Assembly (NCBI GenBank): GCA_043228905.1
Contig: JBHGNT010000015.1
Location: 1,240,001-1,304,000 of the forward strand
DNA from: Azolla caroliniana
Lineage: Eukaryota > Plantae > Polypodiophyta
Length of the DNA stretch: 64,000 nt
Reading direction: 5' to 3'
Under the pieces are notes generated by a model. The model ran no database searches. It saw only the letters and a list, made by a program, of their open reading frames with translations, and was not told where the DNA came from. Made by a program: the position numbers and the translations under genes. This document shows, one piece after another, positions 47,246 to 59,998 of this stretch. Within the stretch, counting starts at the first letter, position 1. Every line of letters begins with the position of its first letter.

Positions 47246-50200
47246 TATATCCGATTTTAGATACATATAGATAAATAAATAATATATCAAAAGAATTTAT
47301 CACATGCATAGGGCAAGATTCAAACCATGCACCTCCACGTAGATAAACCCCAACTTTACCATTGTAATAACTTATCTTTAGTGTTATAAATATAGATTTA
47401 ATACGTATAAGACCTTTATTTACACATACCTTTATTAAAAGGTAAAAATCATGTATTCTTTAGAGTGTGAATATTTTATTTACACGTGACATTAAAAGTG
47501 ACTTATGCACATCTAGCGTGCATGAGCCCTATATTTAGGAAATGACAAAGCATCACATGCACATTTAGTGTGCATGGACACTTTAGGTGAAAAAGCATGA
47601 AGCCATGCTTAGCCTCTTCCATCTTTATATAAGGGGGAGAGAAATATGTATAAGGTTGTTGATTAATATACAAGGATTGATCAATCTAATATATTCGTGG
47701 GATTCACGAATTTTGCCATCTAATTGCTCTTATAATCTAAATATTGTTTTAATTACACTAAACTCGTGGGATTCACGAGATTGCTATCTTACTTCTCTTT
47801 CCACTATTCATAACTAGCCTTAAGTTGTATTCCTCTTCCTCCTAGTCAAAAACCTCGGCGGTTCCCACCCGACTCACGCAACGATCCGGAGCCGAAGGGC
47901 ACGACAACGTAATAAAGCTTTCCATTAAAGCTTGTTTCTGTGTAAGTATTTGCCTTCCTCCCTTTCTGTGTTGTTTTTCGACTCAGCAAACATGTTCTCA
48001 TACTCTTCCGCATACGCACACACCTACCAACTTTCTACAATGTGATGACCTATGCAGGGGACCAGTGTCATGGCAGTCGAGACTGCAAAAGGCTGTGGCT
48101 TTGTCGACCATAGAGGCAGAATATATGGTTGTAGTAGAGGTTGGAAAGGAGATGATATGGGTGAAGAATTTTCTCAGTGAATTGGGAATGAAACAAGAAA
48201 ATTTCTTACTCCACTGTAATAATCAAAGTGCCATACATCTAGTCAAGAATGTTGTTTACCACTCTCAGACCAAGCATACACAGAGAAGGTATCATTGGTT
48301 ACGAGAGAAAGTGTATGAGGAAGAGTTTACTCTTTTGAAGATCCATATTGATGATAATGAATCTGACATGGTCATAAAAAACCTACCTATGAACAGACTC
48401 AAAGTCTGTCAACAAAAGACAAAATTGGCTGACTCTGCCTACAGGAGTGAAGGGGGAGTTTGTTGGGATTCTGTCCCTCCTAATGGGAGAAGTCGGTTAT
48501 CAATCGCGAGAATCAATAGTCGAATTTGATGAGTCAACAAGTCGAATTCAGGATGGTCAACCGGATCGACCAGTGAGTTGACTTGGTAGTCGACTGTATT
48601 GGATGGATGATCCAAGTGGAAGACTAGGTCGACTAGTCGGGCCGACCGGACGGTCGATGTAGGAGTCGGCTAATCGAATCGACTAGATTGCCGACTTCTG
48701 GGTCGGATAATCGAATCGACTAATCGACCGATTAATTGCTATTATAATAATAATAATAACTTATTTCTTCTATAAATATGTGGAGCTAAGGCAAACTTTA
48801 AGTGTCTGTCCTAGTAGTAATGGTGTAGTGTAGTAGGCGCAAAACATAGTATATACAAAGAGCAAGAAGAGACAAGAGAGAGTGACTCGAAAGTATGTGA
48901 TACTTTCATAAAACCCTAAGTGGTGATACTCTATTTTATCAAAGTCTTTGTAATCTGACTTTCTTCTTGTATCTTTGTTACATATAGTGAAGATTTGTTG
49001 CCCCATGGTTTTCCCTTGGTTAGGGTTTCCACGTAAATCTAGTGTATTGTGTATTCTTTCATTTTGTTGCTTTTTGTTTTGTGTTTGTTGAATTCGGGCT
49101 ATCTTTCTCATCCATCTACGGTCCAAAACTCAACAGATTTATCATCTCCATAAATATTCAAATACTATCTAACTTAGTTTACAATGAATAATTTTACATA
49201 TGTTTAATTCATGCTATGTATAAATAAGAAATTGATAAGTTTCGTAACTAATTGTGGATATAATTGGCATAAGAAGTGTGTTGTGAGTATGATATTGTGT
49301 TGTTAGTGCAAAGTGGTTTTCCATCTGTTAACCATGCACTATGTATAGTTCTAAGTTCTAACTATGCTTTGGAGTCGACATGTACTAACTTTAAAGTACA
49401 TGGTTTACATTCTTTCACACATACATGTAGTCTCATAATTAACATGGAATATTCATACTAACATATAACTTAGTTCAATCTAATGTTGCTAAGGAATGAA
49501 TATTGCAATGGGAACTCCATACCTTAGGAAACAATGCACTCGATAACGTTGATATAGATGTAAACCCTCTGTCGGGTGACTAAGGTTTTTCAACAATAGC
49601 ACTAGGTTAAAAGTCTAGAGGTTAGAGATCAAGGTGCATCAAAGTCAATGATGACCAACATGATCTAAACTCAAGTCTGCTTTGAACTTGAAGATGTCAT
49701 GTTAGTGTTGTAACATGTCAAATGATAGCATTTTTGAGGGTGTACCAATGACTATCATGATGTACCTAAAAAGAACGACATAACTACTTGGGTGGAACTC
49801 CAATATTTAGTTTAAAGAAAAGGAAGGCATTGTATGATAATTCTTGTTTATCAATTTATGTAGGAGCGTGCCTAAGGATGAACGAAGTATCATTATAACA
49901 TGAACAATTAAACATGCATTGTGTACTTACACACTGGTGGAGTTGAATGGAGTTTACCAATGTGATCTCCCACAACTATATCAACACAATAACGTGCACA
50001 AAAGAAAAGGTTTTCAATATCTTGCTTTCAAGAAAGTATAAAATGGACAAAAGAACATAAGGAACATCGTGGAAGAATAATTTCAATATTAAAAATTGTG
50101 AATACATAATCACTAGCTTCTCTCTCTCTCTCTCTAGCATGCCTAAGTGGATGCCAAAATCTGAAGATGTAAACTCACTTTTCCACACAATATTTTTTGT

Positions 50201-53200
50201 GCAAAGTTGTGTGAATCATTCCTGAGAGTATAATTCAGGAGTCAAAGAACAATGTTATAATTATTCGACCATTCATAACTAGGTTGCACCTTCTATCCAC
50301 ATAACAATTGTTGGATCAGGAAATGACTTTGGATGTATTGAATTGTTTTATGCCAATTTGAAGGACAAGTTGCAAGGAAATGATGGTGGCAAAATTTAAA
50401 GCTCAATACATTTTACATACCTAATTGTCTACTTAAAGGAAGCACAAATAGGCTAATATAGGAAACGCCTATATTTAATGATGCAATATCCACGGGTAAG
50501 CCGATGCCTAGTGTGGAACCTCTTATTGAGCATTTGATATTGTTTGGTGATGCAATACTATATATTGTGCATGTCCCACCTACATTCTCGCATGAACATG
50601 TTAGCCTTTAGGTGTGGATTGGTAGGATCGAGGGGGTACTAATTCTAGACCCCATTATATCAAGGTCAATACCATAACCACTAGGCTAACCACCAAGGGA
50701 CTGACTTCCATTACATTTTTTATAAGTATTATTTTATAAAGCATTATGGTGAAGTTGACATCTTAATTCTTTTCAGGGTTGAAGTACGCATATTTGAGAT
50801 GTTTATTCTTATCATTTGGAACATTATCCTATTAATCAAAAACGAAATTATGGACATCGACAATTATCATGAATGGGTAGGAGGGATTAATGTTTGAAGC
50901 TTTGAGATTTGTAACATCTTGCAAAGTAGTTTCAATGGGGTATAAAAATATCTTGATCAAAGTAACGCGTGAGATTTAAGCATGTTATACATGCAATGAT
51001 GCAACCCGAAAAATTACAAAACAAATAAAGAAATCGTTGGATCCATGTAATGTAAGGATGGATGACATAGGGTGACATCACGAAAATGGGGATAAATCTT
51101 TAAGATCGCAAAGGGGGACCACGTGAAATTGACAAATAGACACAGGGTCAAATGGTGTGTACACTCGTAATAAAAAATATACAGATGTAAGGTGGTTTGG
51201 GAGTCATGTCATGTATGGACCGGTGGAAGAAACAAGGATTACATGAGATTGGGTGGGACCGAGACAGAGTGTTCATTTGAAAGGGATGTATGTGGGATGA
51301 GATATTTGAATTAGAAGAGAAATTTATAGATTGATAATTATTGTGGTGGGGTTGGTTTGATACATGGGTAAAAGTATGTCTCTCGCATAAGGACGCGTCA
51401 ATATTTTTACAATTTTCTCGCGCTATTAAAATTCGGAGTTTTGAACTACAATCCATCCTCATTCACTTACCTCTATCCTTCCTCTTTATCATTCATAGAA
51501 GCCAATAAAGGACATCCTTGAGTAAGTCCACGTAAAGTTTATGTATGCAAGTGTGCTCAATGCTCGTGTCCATACCTACATCTATTGTGTGTGGTTCATA
51601 ACTTAAAGGCTTGGGAGGGTTGTTAAGTGTATATATGTTGCTTTATTAGTTTTCATTTATGTTACATGATTGCAAAACCACCCACTCATATGAACGTATT
51701 TTACGTAACAAATTACACGCCATTGCTTGCATTTGTGATATACTTCATTAACCATGCGCAAGGAATTCAATAGGCATAAATTAGCTACTTAAATCGCATG
51801 GTTCGCCCCTTCTCGTGTGGACACATTTGCATGCACGCTACTAGGTTGGTGTTATTGACCAAAATTAAGTAAGAAGAAAGACATAGATATTGCGTGTAAT
51901 ATACTTCATGTGTGTGTATGGTTTTTAATTACTAAACATGGAAACATCCATTAGATTTTTCATCCATTATGATCTTATCATATAATTGCAAAATGCATAC
52001 TAGTAATCTAAGACTTATACCATCATGGATGATGTTGCGTCATTTTGGGATGGACGATCTTTGGGAGCATTGCAATTCTCAAAAATAAATTTAGTTACAC
52101 AAAGGTCCTCTACCAAAATTAGTATGTTAGGCCAGATAATATTGCAAGATTTCATTTGTGCCTAGTCTTCATTATTGAACATTAATATGTATTCTAAGTT
52201 AGTCGATGTGTCTATTTTAGCGCTCAAAAGTTCCTCACAAAATCGTGATAAGTTGATGGGATGTCCTTGTGACAAGTTGATTGGATGTACTTAGGATGCC
52301 CATGTTGCATTTATAATCCTTCGTAAATGCTCATATATCACGATATAGGCTTCAAGGAGTTCGTATAACACATGAAATGGAGTAGTAATCTCCTCAAGAT
52401 TTATAAGTGGATCATTAATAGCTGTTTGGAAGGACAATGTATTTTTATGAGAGTAATTGATGTAATACACCGCTACAACAATTTAGTTGGTGTTCTTTGA
52501 CTCATTCTACAAATGTGTAGTAAAATCTAATAACCAATGTTTACATTAAATTGTTCGTGTTATTTAAGATCAAGATCTTGTTTTCAGTATTTTCTTGTAT
52601 TCATTGTGATTATTTGTCGATTCTTCCAAATATTTTTACTACCCACTAATGCAAAGCCTAAGACAATGGAGAAGAGATATATAGTACATGTTGTGAATGG
52701 AACCTTACAAATTACAATTAGAGATATTCTATTGGCCACATCCTAGCATAGCAATGCAATACATTCCATAATGCTATCAGAGAAATCCTTGCAAAACGCG
52801 TATGCATTATGGTAATGGTTGTTAAGGCACATTCTTGACCCGTGCTTGGCAGATGAAAGAATGCTTAAAACATTATTTCTATATTCATGATAGATATCAC
52901 TTTTGTGTAAAAACATAGATATGGTTGCTAAGGAAAGGTAGTTGGGACTTCTAGCAAATTGTCCTAAGCTTTGCGCCCAGAATGTGCAACTACATAGTAG
53001 CATAACTAATACCAAACTGTCAAGATGTGATAACATCCAATCCTTAATATTTGGCATAGCCTCACGAAGAACTGTTACATTCTATCTGGTAGTGGAAACT
53101 AATCACAATTGATATGACAATGTTTTGGCCTAGGTGAATTTGATGGCATTCTTTTTGTAGAGTTTAGGTGTCCCTTGGGGAGTAAAAGAAGTGGAACTCA

Positions 53201-54215
53201 ACTGTATGCTACCTTAATAGGAATGCTCAAGTAGCTTTTATTCATTCACAATTATTAAACTATAAAACATGAGAGTCTTGTAGAATTGATAAGCACAAGA
53301 AGGGTAAGAATTTACTAGGGCATGCATTCATCATCAAAGATTAGTGTATATTTTGATTAACCACATTCACATTGAAGAGTTGAATTTCCACATAGTTTTT
53401 GGGATGAACAAGCTTAATATATGCAAGGAATTATAATTAAACTATGCCAAAACACAATTAAGTGTGGATAAATAAGGTTGGCCTAATATTGAATGAGTGT
53501 GTAAATTAGGGCATTAGTGTAAACTTCTTGATGGAAATTTATGAATCGTTGGAGATGAACTGAATCCTTTCAAAATCTTCCGAATCGTGTGGGAATTGCC
53601 CTTATTTGTAAAGGTGTAGATGTACATTTTTATGCGGGCCTTGGTTTAAGTTTCAAACATACCAACCAAGTTGCAATATTATCTTTTTAAATTTCTTTGT
53701 TATAAATTCGTTTGTAGAATGTCCACATATACGATGGTGGAGCCATGCAACTTCTACAACTCAAGCCTATGGCACTGTATTAGTGAACATATGAACGACA
53801 ATCAAGTACCCAATGCAATGTTTTTGTACCAACAATAAGACAATCCACAAAGGCACAAGTCATAGTTAGATAAAGAGGAATTTATTCTAGAGAAACATGG
53901 ATTAGCGTGGAGCCATTTTGACATCATTGAAGGGATGATATGATGGGACCAAAAGTATGATATATTTTTTTTTACTAGCTATTGGATCGAAATTATGAAG
54001 ACGACCGCGTTGCGTTTTCTCGACAACTTTCTTTGTTTGTTCACCATACAATTTGTCGGATGTCAAATTTTGTTGGGCTTGATACTTTGTCACTGAATTA
54101 AATCTACCCAAAGGGGGTGCCATAACTACCCAAAAAGAAATTTAATTTCAAATTGGGAAATATTTGTGTGAAGTAACCTTGCGAGGGTGGCTTTTGTGGC
54201 CCGATGAACAACAAC

Positions 54216-54317
54216 CATCAACATCGTTATTGTGAGGTTAATCGAGTCCAATGGGCAATATAGTGGGAACATCATCGTTATTGTGACGTTAATCGAGTCC
54301 AATGGGCAATATAGTGG
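54216..54317. repeat. Two tandem copies of a 51-bp unit
   Basis: CATCGTTATTGTGASGTTAATCGAGTCCAATGGGCAATATAGTGG at 54222 and 54273. Confidence 0.85.
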
Positions 54318-54578
54318 TTCCCAATTAAGAAATTGATCGAATATTGAAGCACATTTATTATATGTCGACCAATGGTGCCATTGTTTGCAACATGCAATAC
54401 ATCTTCAAATTAAGAAGACCATCTCGGATTTAGGTGTATCAAACAAACATCCTCTTTATGTCTGAGCAAGTGACACATGGCATTCTCGGACATGCAAAGC
54501 CAATATCATGCGAGTGTACATCGAGAAGTGAGATCAAAGTTATGAGTAGTTTGGGTCGTAACTATAGGGGTTATGAAC

Positions 54579-54889
54579 TAGGAATCAACAACAATCGTTC
54601 GGGTCAAGCCTGAACCGAACAATTTAAAAACGGTTTGGTGATATGGCGGTTCGGTTCAACATAGGCTTGAGCTCGGTTTGGGATGGTTCAAGCTGAACCA
54701 AACTGATTTGGGTCAAACCGGTTAAGTCTTAATCGACTTGGCTAAACCCGTTTGGCCAAACTAGTTTAGGAATTGGTTCGGTTCAAGTTTGGAAACTCTC
54801 ACATTGGTTCGGTTAAGCCTTAACCGGTTTGGTTTGGACAAGGCCAAACCGGTCAAACCGAAACCGAAACCGAGCGTTGATGATTCCTA
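54579..54889. mobile_element. Non-autonomous DNA transposon (hAT-like MITE)
   Basis: 14-bp TIR TAGGAATCAACAAC / GTTGATGATTCCTA (13/14 match), with many internal AACCG/CGGTT motifs. The TSD is imperfect: TATGAAC occurs on both sides but is offset by 4 nt on the right. Confidence 0.65.
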
Positions 54890-55199
54890 CCAGTATGAAC
54901 GATCGCTAAACTCGAAGAGGCGATCAATGAGGGCATCGAAAAGCTGAGGGATTCTCGGTCTCAAGTCGGGAATTTCTCCAAATGTTAGAGGTTACGCGAG
55001 TCACGACTCATGATCCCATCATCCAAGATAGTAGTGTCTTTTGGAGACCACTAACTACTACTACTATTACTACTACTACTAACTAGTTAGTGGTTGTACT
55101 ACAAACTAGTGGTGGAGCGACAAAAGCAAATACCGTACCCCTTTTTTGTTTTGATTCTCTTGGGTTGAAGAAACTTCACACTCCATATGACACTTGGAG

Positions 55200-55490
55200 T
55201 ATGCATAAATATAGAGGGACACGCATACATGCATATCTACATGCATGCATGCATGCATGGATGGGTGCAATGCACACCCATCCCATCCACATGCATGCAT
55301 GCATGCAGACATACATACATATCCATATATGTACTATATATACATACTGCTATACACACACGTGCATGCATACATATCTATAAACTATAATAGATGGATG
55401 AGAGGATGAACATGAGCCAATCACCATGCCATGCATAAATAAGATAAAAATCCATGCATATCCATCCATCCATGCATGCATGCATACTAT
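55200..55490. promoter_or_regulatory. Cluster of RY (CATGCA) repeats upstream of the Dof gene
   Basis: Runs of CATGCATGCATG near 55240, 55270-55287 and 55471, plus single CATGCA copies. Function is inferred. Confidence 0.55.
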
Positions 55491-56066
55491 CATCCTCTCT
55501 CTAGCCCGCCTCCTTCTCTCTCTAAAGGTCGTTATCATCTTCTGACCAATTTACTCCTCCCCTTAAATAATAAACAAAAAAAGAAATTAAATAATGCTCC
55601 TATTTTGTCTTTGTTTTTTTTAAAAATAAATAAATATTTTTTGGCATACTATTATTACAGCTCCTGCCCGTCCTTCCTCTCCTTTCTTCTTTTCCTTCTT
55701 TCTCTCTCTCTTCTGCTTAATCCAGGCCTTAATCCTGTCCTTAATCACTCTGGATCAGCCCTAATCGCCCCCTAATCACCCTTGACCAAATCAAGCAACC
55801 AATCAATCAGTCGTCATCCCGGCAGACTGCACTGGCAGCGATAATTCTCTACTGCCATAACCTGCAGATCCGAGGTTACTGTAATCGCCTTAATCCTCTC
55901 TCTGGCCTTAGCTTCATTTGATGTCTGCAATTCCTCTGCCTGCCTGTCATTCGGGGGGGACTTAGATCCGTCTCCGTGCTGCAGATTTCCATAAATCCAT
56001 CCTTGATCGAGCTCATTAACCTAGATTTCAGAGATCATCTGAAGACGGGCCCCAGCCCAAGCACAG

Positions 56067-56325
56067 GTAATCCGAATTCTCTGATTAAACTACTCGCGCG
56101 GGGCTCAAAATTGGATCAGATCCTATTGTAATTTAGGTTGGGGCTCGAGGGTGTAGCGTTTTTTTAGGGTTTAAGATGGTTAAGCTTTGGGATCCAATGG
56201 TGGTTTCGGGCCCAAGAATTAGGAGCTGCGGGGTTTTTAAAGTCTACAGAAACTGTACGAAATGAGGATTTAGCTTAATCGATTCTTGATTAATCGAGAG
56301 GTGGGGGGGGGCTTTTTCTTTACAG
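56067..56325 (+). other. Probable 5'-UTR intron of the Dof gene
   Basis: Donor CAG|GTAATC at 56067 and acceptor TTTTTCTTTACAG ending at 56325. Contains telobox TAGGGTTT at 56165-56172. Confidence 0.6.
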
Positions 56326-56468
56326 ATTTTCGGTGCAGGCACTAAGTCTGTGGTGGGCCCATCGCCAGCGAGGTGTCTCTGTGATTAGATGCAGCAGCTG
56401 CAGCGGAGGTGTTGAATTCATATCAACAGGTGGGCGGCGGAGGCGGCGGCGGATCGCCACCAGGAATT

Positions 56469-57887
56469 ATGCAGAAGCTGAGATCGGCGCCATCGTCTAC
56501 GTCGGCCAACAGCTCGTCGCCTTCGACGTCGGAGTCGGGATCGATGGCGTCGGCGATGAAAGCTAACGGGGAGGCGGTTCCAGGAAGCTCGGCGGCGGCT
56601 CAGGCGGTTCCGCCGCCGCCGCTAAAGGGCGGCGGCGGCGGGGCGGCACACCCGCACCCGAGCCCGAGCCCGCTCCCGCTGCGCTGCCCGCGCTGCGACT
56701 CCATCGACACCAAGTTCTGCTACTACAACAACTACAGCCTGACGCAGCCCCGCTACTTCTGCAAGAACTGCAAGCGCTACTGGACCGCCGGCGGCGCCCT
56801 CCGCAACGTCCCCGTCGGCGGCGGCCTCCGCAAGAACAAGCGCACCAAGCTCAAGCTCGCCGCCACCACCATCTCCGCCGCCATTTCCTCCGCCGACAAC
56901 ATCTCCGCCGCCGCCGAATCGGACCTCAGCTCCTCCGCCTCCGCCGCCAGGTCGGCGGCGAGCTCCGCGCAGTATAGCTTCCACAACATGGTGCACCTCC
57001 AGCCACAGCCGCACCAGCAGGGCGCCGCTAACTCGCCGCCGTCTCCGATCTCATCCATGGCTCAGCTAGCCGCGCGGCGGCGGGACCACAGCGGTGTAGT
57101 AATCTCACCGCCGGGGCAGCAGCTCAATCTGCTGCTCTCCGACAAGGTAGGAGCAGCTCTACACCGGCAGCAGCAGCAGCAGCAGCAGCTTGGTGGTACG
57201 CTCGACCTCTTGCAGCAAACGGCGGCCACCGGCGGCGGCGGCGTAGATGCCGCCACCACCGCCTCGCTAGATAATTACACCCACCTCATGAATGGTACTA
57301 GCCAGCACATGAATCTTCTGAACATGGGCGGCGGCGGCGGCGGAGGAGGAGGAGGGTTCCCGCCCCTCCACATGAGGCACCACCACCTGCCGCAGCTTTT
57401 CCCGACCGAAGCGCCGCCGCCGCCGCAAGGCAGCTACTTCAATATGTTCTTGCAATCGCCGCCGCTCCATAGCGACATCTTAGCGCCGCCGCCGCCGCTA
57501 AACTCTAGCGTCGCCGCCGCCGATCACATGGCCGAGAACATTAAGCAGGAACTGAGCATCGATCACCATCACTACCATCAGCAGAGCGGTGGCGCCTCCT
57601 CCTCCTCCTCCTCCTCCTCCTCCGCCGCCGCCCACTGCGCTCTGAGCAGTACGGCTCAGCTGCCATTGACGCACTCTAATCATTACAACTACAATTCCAT
57701 GTCCGCCGCCTATGACTGGCAGCAGATCATCGCTGAAGGGCTTTTCAATACAAATTCTGTCGGCGGTGGCGGCGGCGGCGGAGGCGGCGGAGATGGATTT
57801 GTCTACCCTTTGCCGCCTGGATCAGGAAGCAGCGGTGGATGGCCTGACTTCTCAGATCAATTCAACGACACTACGGCTCCGGGATGA
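56469..57887 (+). CDS. Dof (C2C2 zinc finger) transcription factor, about 472 aa
   Basis: Canonical Dof domain [53 protein letters not shown] from 56685. Poly-Q/G/S/H regions and a C-terminal WPD motif. 56469 is the first in-frame ATG after the stop at 56382. Confidence 0.95.
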   Translation: MQKLRSAPSSTSANSSSPSTSESGSMASAMKANGEAVPGSSAAAQAVPPPPLKGGGGGAAHPHPSPSPLPLRCPRCDSIDTKFCYYNNYSLTQPRYFCKNCKRYWTAGGALRNVPVGGGLRKNKRTKLKLAATTISAAISSADNISAAAESDLSSSASAARSAASSAQYSFHNMVHLQPQPHQQGAANSPPSPISSMAQLAARRRDHSGVVISPPGQQLNLLLSDKVGAALHRQQQQQQQLGGTLDLLQQTAATGGGGVDAATTASLDNYTHLMNGTSQHMNLLNMGGGGGGGGGGFPPLHMRHHHLPQLFPTEAPPPPQGSYFNMFLQSPPLHSDILAPPPPLNSSVAAADHMAENIKQELSIDHHHYHQQSGGASSSSSSSSSAAAHCALSSTAQLPLTHSNHYNYNSMSAAYDWQQIIAEGLFNTNSVGGGGGGGGGGDGFVYPLPPGSGSSGGWPDFSDQFNDTTAPG

Positions 57888-59431
57888 ATCTATCCCCTCC
57901 CTCCCCCCAGATTATCTATTGGGGAGGGAATGCCTGTATTACTAATTAGCTAGTTAGTGGCCTCAAATTTTGAGAAATAAGAAGAATTATTTGATCTTTT
58001 CCTGGTTCTTGCCCTGCATTCTCGATTGGATCCCTCGCTACTGATGAATGCGTTTTTATAAAAGTGATGAATGAGATCAGGGCAAGCGCACCAATCTAAA
58101 TGTGGGTTTAATTTTCTCGTCAATCAACTAATTCGTTCGTTAAATCGGGATAATTAGTCCGCTACAGCTCGTTAATCCAGATGATTAGTCCGCTAATTAA
58201 GACGTGTGCTCCCAAATTAGCGCTTAAGGAAAAACCAACCGGCGATTAAGTAATGACCCGATATGGACTGTTTATAGATTTGATTGATTACACATAAGCG
58301 CATATTATATAATGATCCGACAAAAAAGCTACGAATGGCAGTGCTTTTTTTCAGTTTGTTTATTATTATTATTATTATTTAAATTCTGATATAAGAAACA
58401 GTGCGTCTGTGCGTGTGCGTCGATCCACAGTTTCGAGCCTCTGGGCCCATTTCTTCACAGGAAAAGAAGAAGGAACAAACAACATTTAAAATTAATGCTT
58501 TTGATTATTTTGCAGAGAATCGATGCATGTAATCATCTATCTAATCACTGCCCAGCTCAGGATTGATTGGCTGGGCAAAGCATCTTATTTCACTGTCTCA
58601 AGATTCAGTTAGGGTTAGGGAGGGGGGGGAGGGGGGCGGAGCGATTAGTGACTCTGGATTAATCAATCGCCTGATTAGTGGCTTGATTAGCGCGGCGAGG
58701 TAAATTATATGAAGTGTTGGTTAGGTTAGGTAACTAGTCACAGGTAGCAGACTGAATCAGGTAGTTAGTCAGACGAGGCGGATTAAGCTAACTGAAAAAG
58801 AAGTGGTTAGCAATCTATGAATGCAGCAGCATATGCATACACATACATATGCATGCCATCACAATTATTTGCTGCTGTGTGTGATCTTCATGATTGCCAC
58901 CACCGCCACCATTCATGGTGGGTGGTCCCAAATCACCATCTCCATTGAATTAGGCTCATGAATGCATGGCATACACATGTATGTATGTATGTATGTATTT
59001 GGATGTATCTTATGCCCCCATCACCTTTCTGTCACTTTCCATGGGGCCATGGGATGAATCCAATTGTTGCTTGTAACCAATGAATTCTGCTCCATTGCAC
59101 AGTGGCTTGCTTCCCTCCTTTGTGGACAAGGTTTTCACAGATATATGTACATACTTACACACATAACACACACACACACATACATACATACATACATTAC
59201 ATACATACATTACATACATGACTTGCATGCATTCGTGTAGGTCCAGCAAAGGTGCATCGCCAATTTGTCTTATTATCATGAATTAGCTTGTTGCCATTAT
59301 GATTGGTAGCACCAATGTCACATGACCAATGCCTTTTATTTTATAGGTGTGTATATGTATATGCATATCATTGGTTTTCATCTCGGCCACGTCTCTATGA
59401 GGCAGCCAATGTGATTGTGTTTTGATAGAGA

Positions 59432-59693
59432 AATCGCTCGACACTCGTCACACTGTCACTTAAAATAAGTTTGCCCTCATGATATTGCCGAGGTGGAGAA
59501 TGCTTACATCTTACTCAATAGAAGTGATAGAATCATCCACAAGACAATATTACTCCATGAATCGCTCAACACTCGTCACATTGTCACTTAAAATAAGTTT
59601 GCCCTCATGATATTGCCGAGGAGGAGAATGCTTACATCTTACTCAATAGAAGTGATAGAATCATCCACAAGACAATATTACTCCATGAATCGC
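59432..59693. repeat. 128-bp tandem duplication bounded by AATCGC
   Basis: Units start at 59432 and 59560, with 3 mismatches seen. AATCGC recurs at 59688. Confidence 0.92.
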
Positions 59694-59998
59694 CAATTTT
59701 GCATTAGTTCTTGGATTATAACCAAACAAAAGTAGCTAATTAACATGAGTTAAAGGAGATATGACTACCCAAGGTAAAACTTAGATCATCAAAAGAGGAT
59801 CACCTAAGCCACATTTATATGATGAGAATTGATTTATATACATTGCTCTCTATGTACTGAACGAGAATTATGTTCATCATTCATGATGAGAGTGAGAGGA
59901 CTAAGATAATACATTTAATATAATGCTCATTGATTACCTTGTAGAATGTTTGTGTACTAAGATCTCTAACATAGACACTACCTACCCAATAACCTAAT

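Larger units (their letters stand above)
40828..47906 (+). mobile_element. G3: full-length Ty3/gypsy element (no chromodomain seen), inserted in the C4 3' LTR
   Basis: 704-bp LTRs at 40828-41531 and 47203-47906, with 7 differences seen, all transitions. tRNA-Trp PBS at 41536-41553. 4-bp TSD ACGT (40824-40827 / 47907-47910). Confidence 0.96.
20200..48039 (+). mobile_element. C4: degenerate Ty1/copia element carrying C5, C6 and G3 as nested insertions
   Basis: TSD ATGTG (20195-20199 / 48040-48044). 5' LTR 20200-20491, decayed PBS TAATATTAGAGC, gag MASTSG at 20597. Pol pieces at 31572-33722 and 39293-~40550. The 3' LTR is split into 40666-40827 and 47907-48039. Confidence 0.93.
19204..49135 (+). 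mobile_element. C3: oldest, outermost Ty1/copia element; its own sequence survives at 19204-19345, 19929-20199, 48040-48460 and in the 3' LTR 48461-49135
   Basis: RT/RH peptide joins across the insertions (QKKYVTKVLERF..EMRKV / P*ASV..STLGYV / MTYAG..WQSRLQK). PPT GGAGTGAAGGGGGAG precedes LTR TGTTGGG...CAACA. Confidence 0.88.

Noticed and set aside
49136-54200. AT-rich region with short ORFs, possibly decayed DNA-transposon sequence
   Set aside because: I could not identify TIRs, TSDs or protein motifs by eye. A translated search against transposase libraries would be needed.
56409-56468. GTG start for the Dof ORF in the ORF track
   Set aside because: This is a eukaryotic gene, and the first in-frame ATG is at 56469.
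58608-58620. Two TTAGGG units as an interstitial telomere
   Set aside because: Too short to distinguish from chance in a G-rich tract.
58890-59050. Short inverted repeats (CCACCAT/ATGGTGG; GCCCCCA/TGGGGC) as a possible miRNA precursor
   Set aside because: The stems are too short, and I recognised no known mature miRNA.
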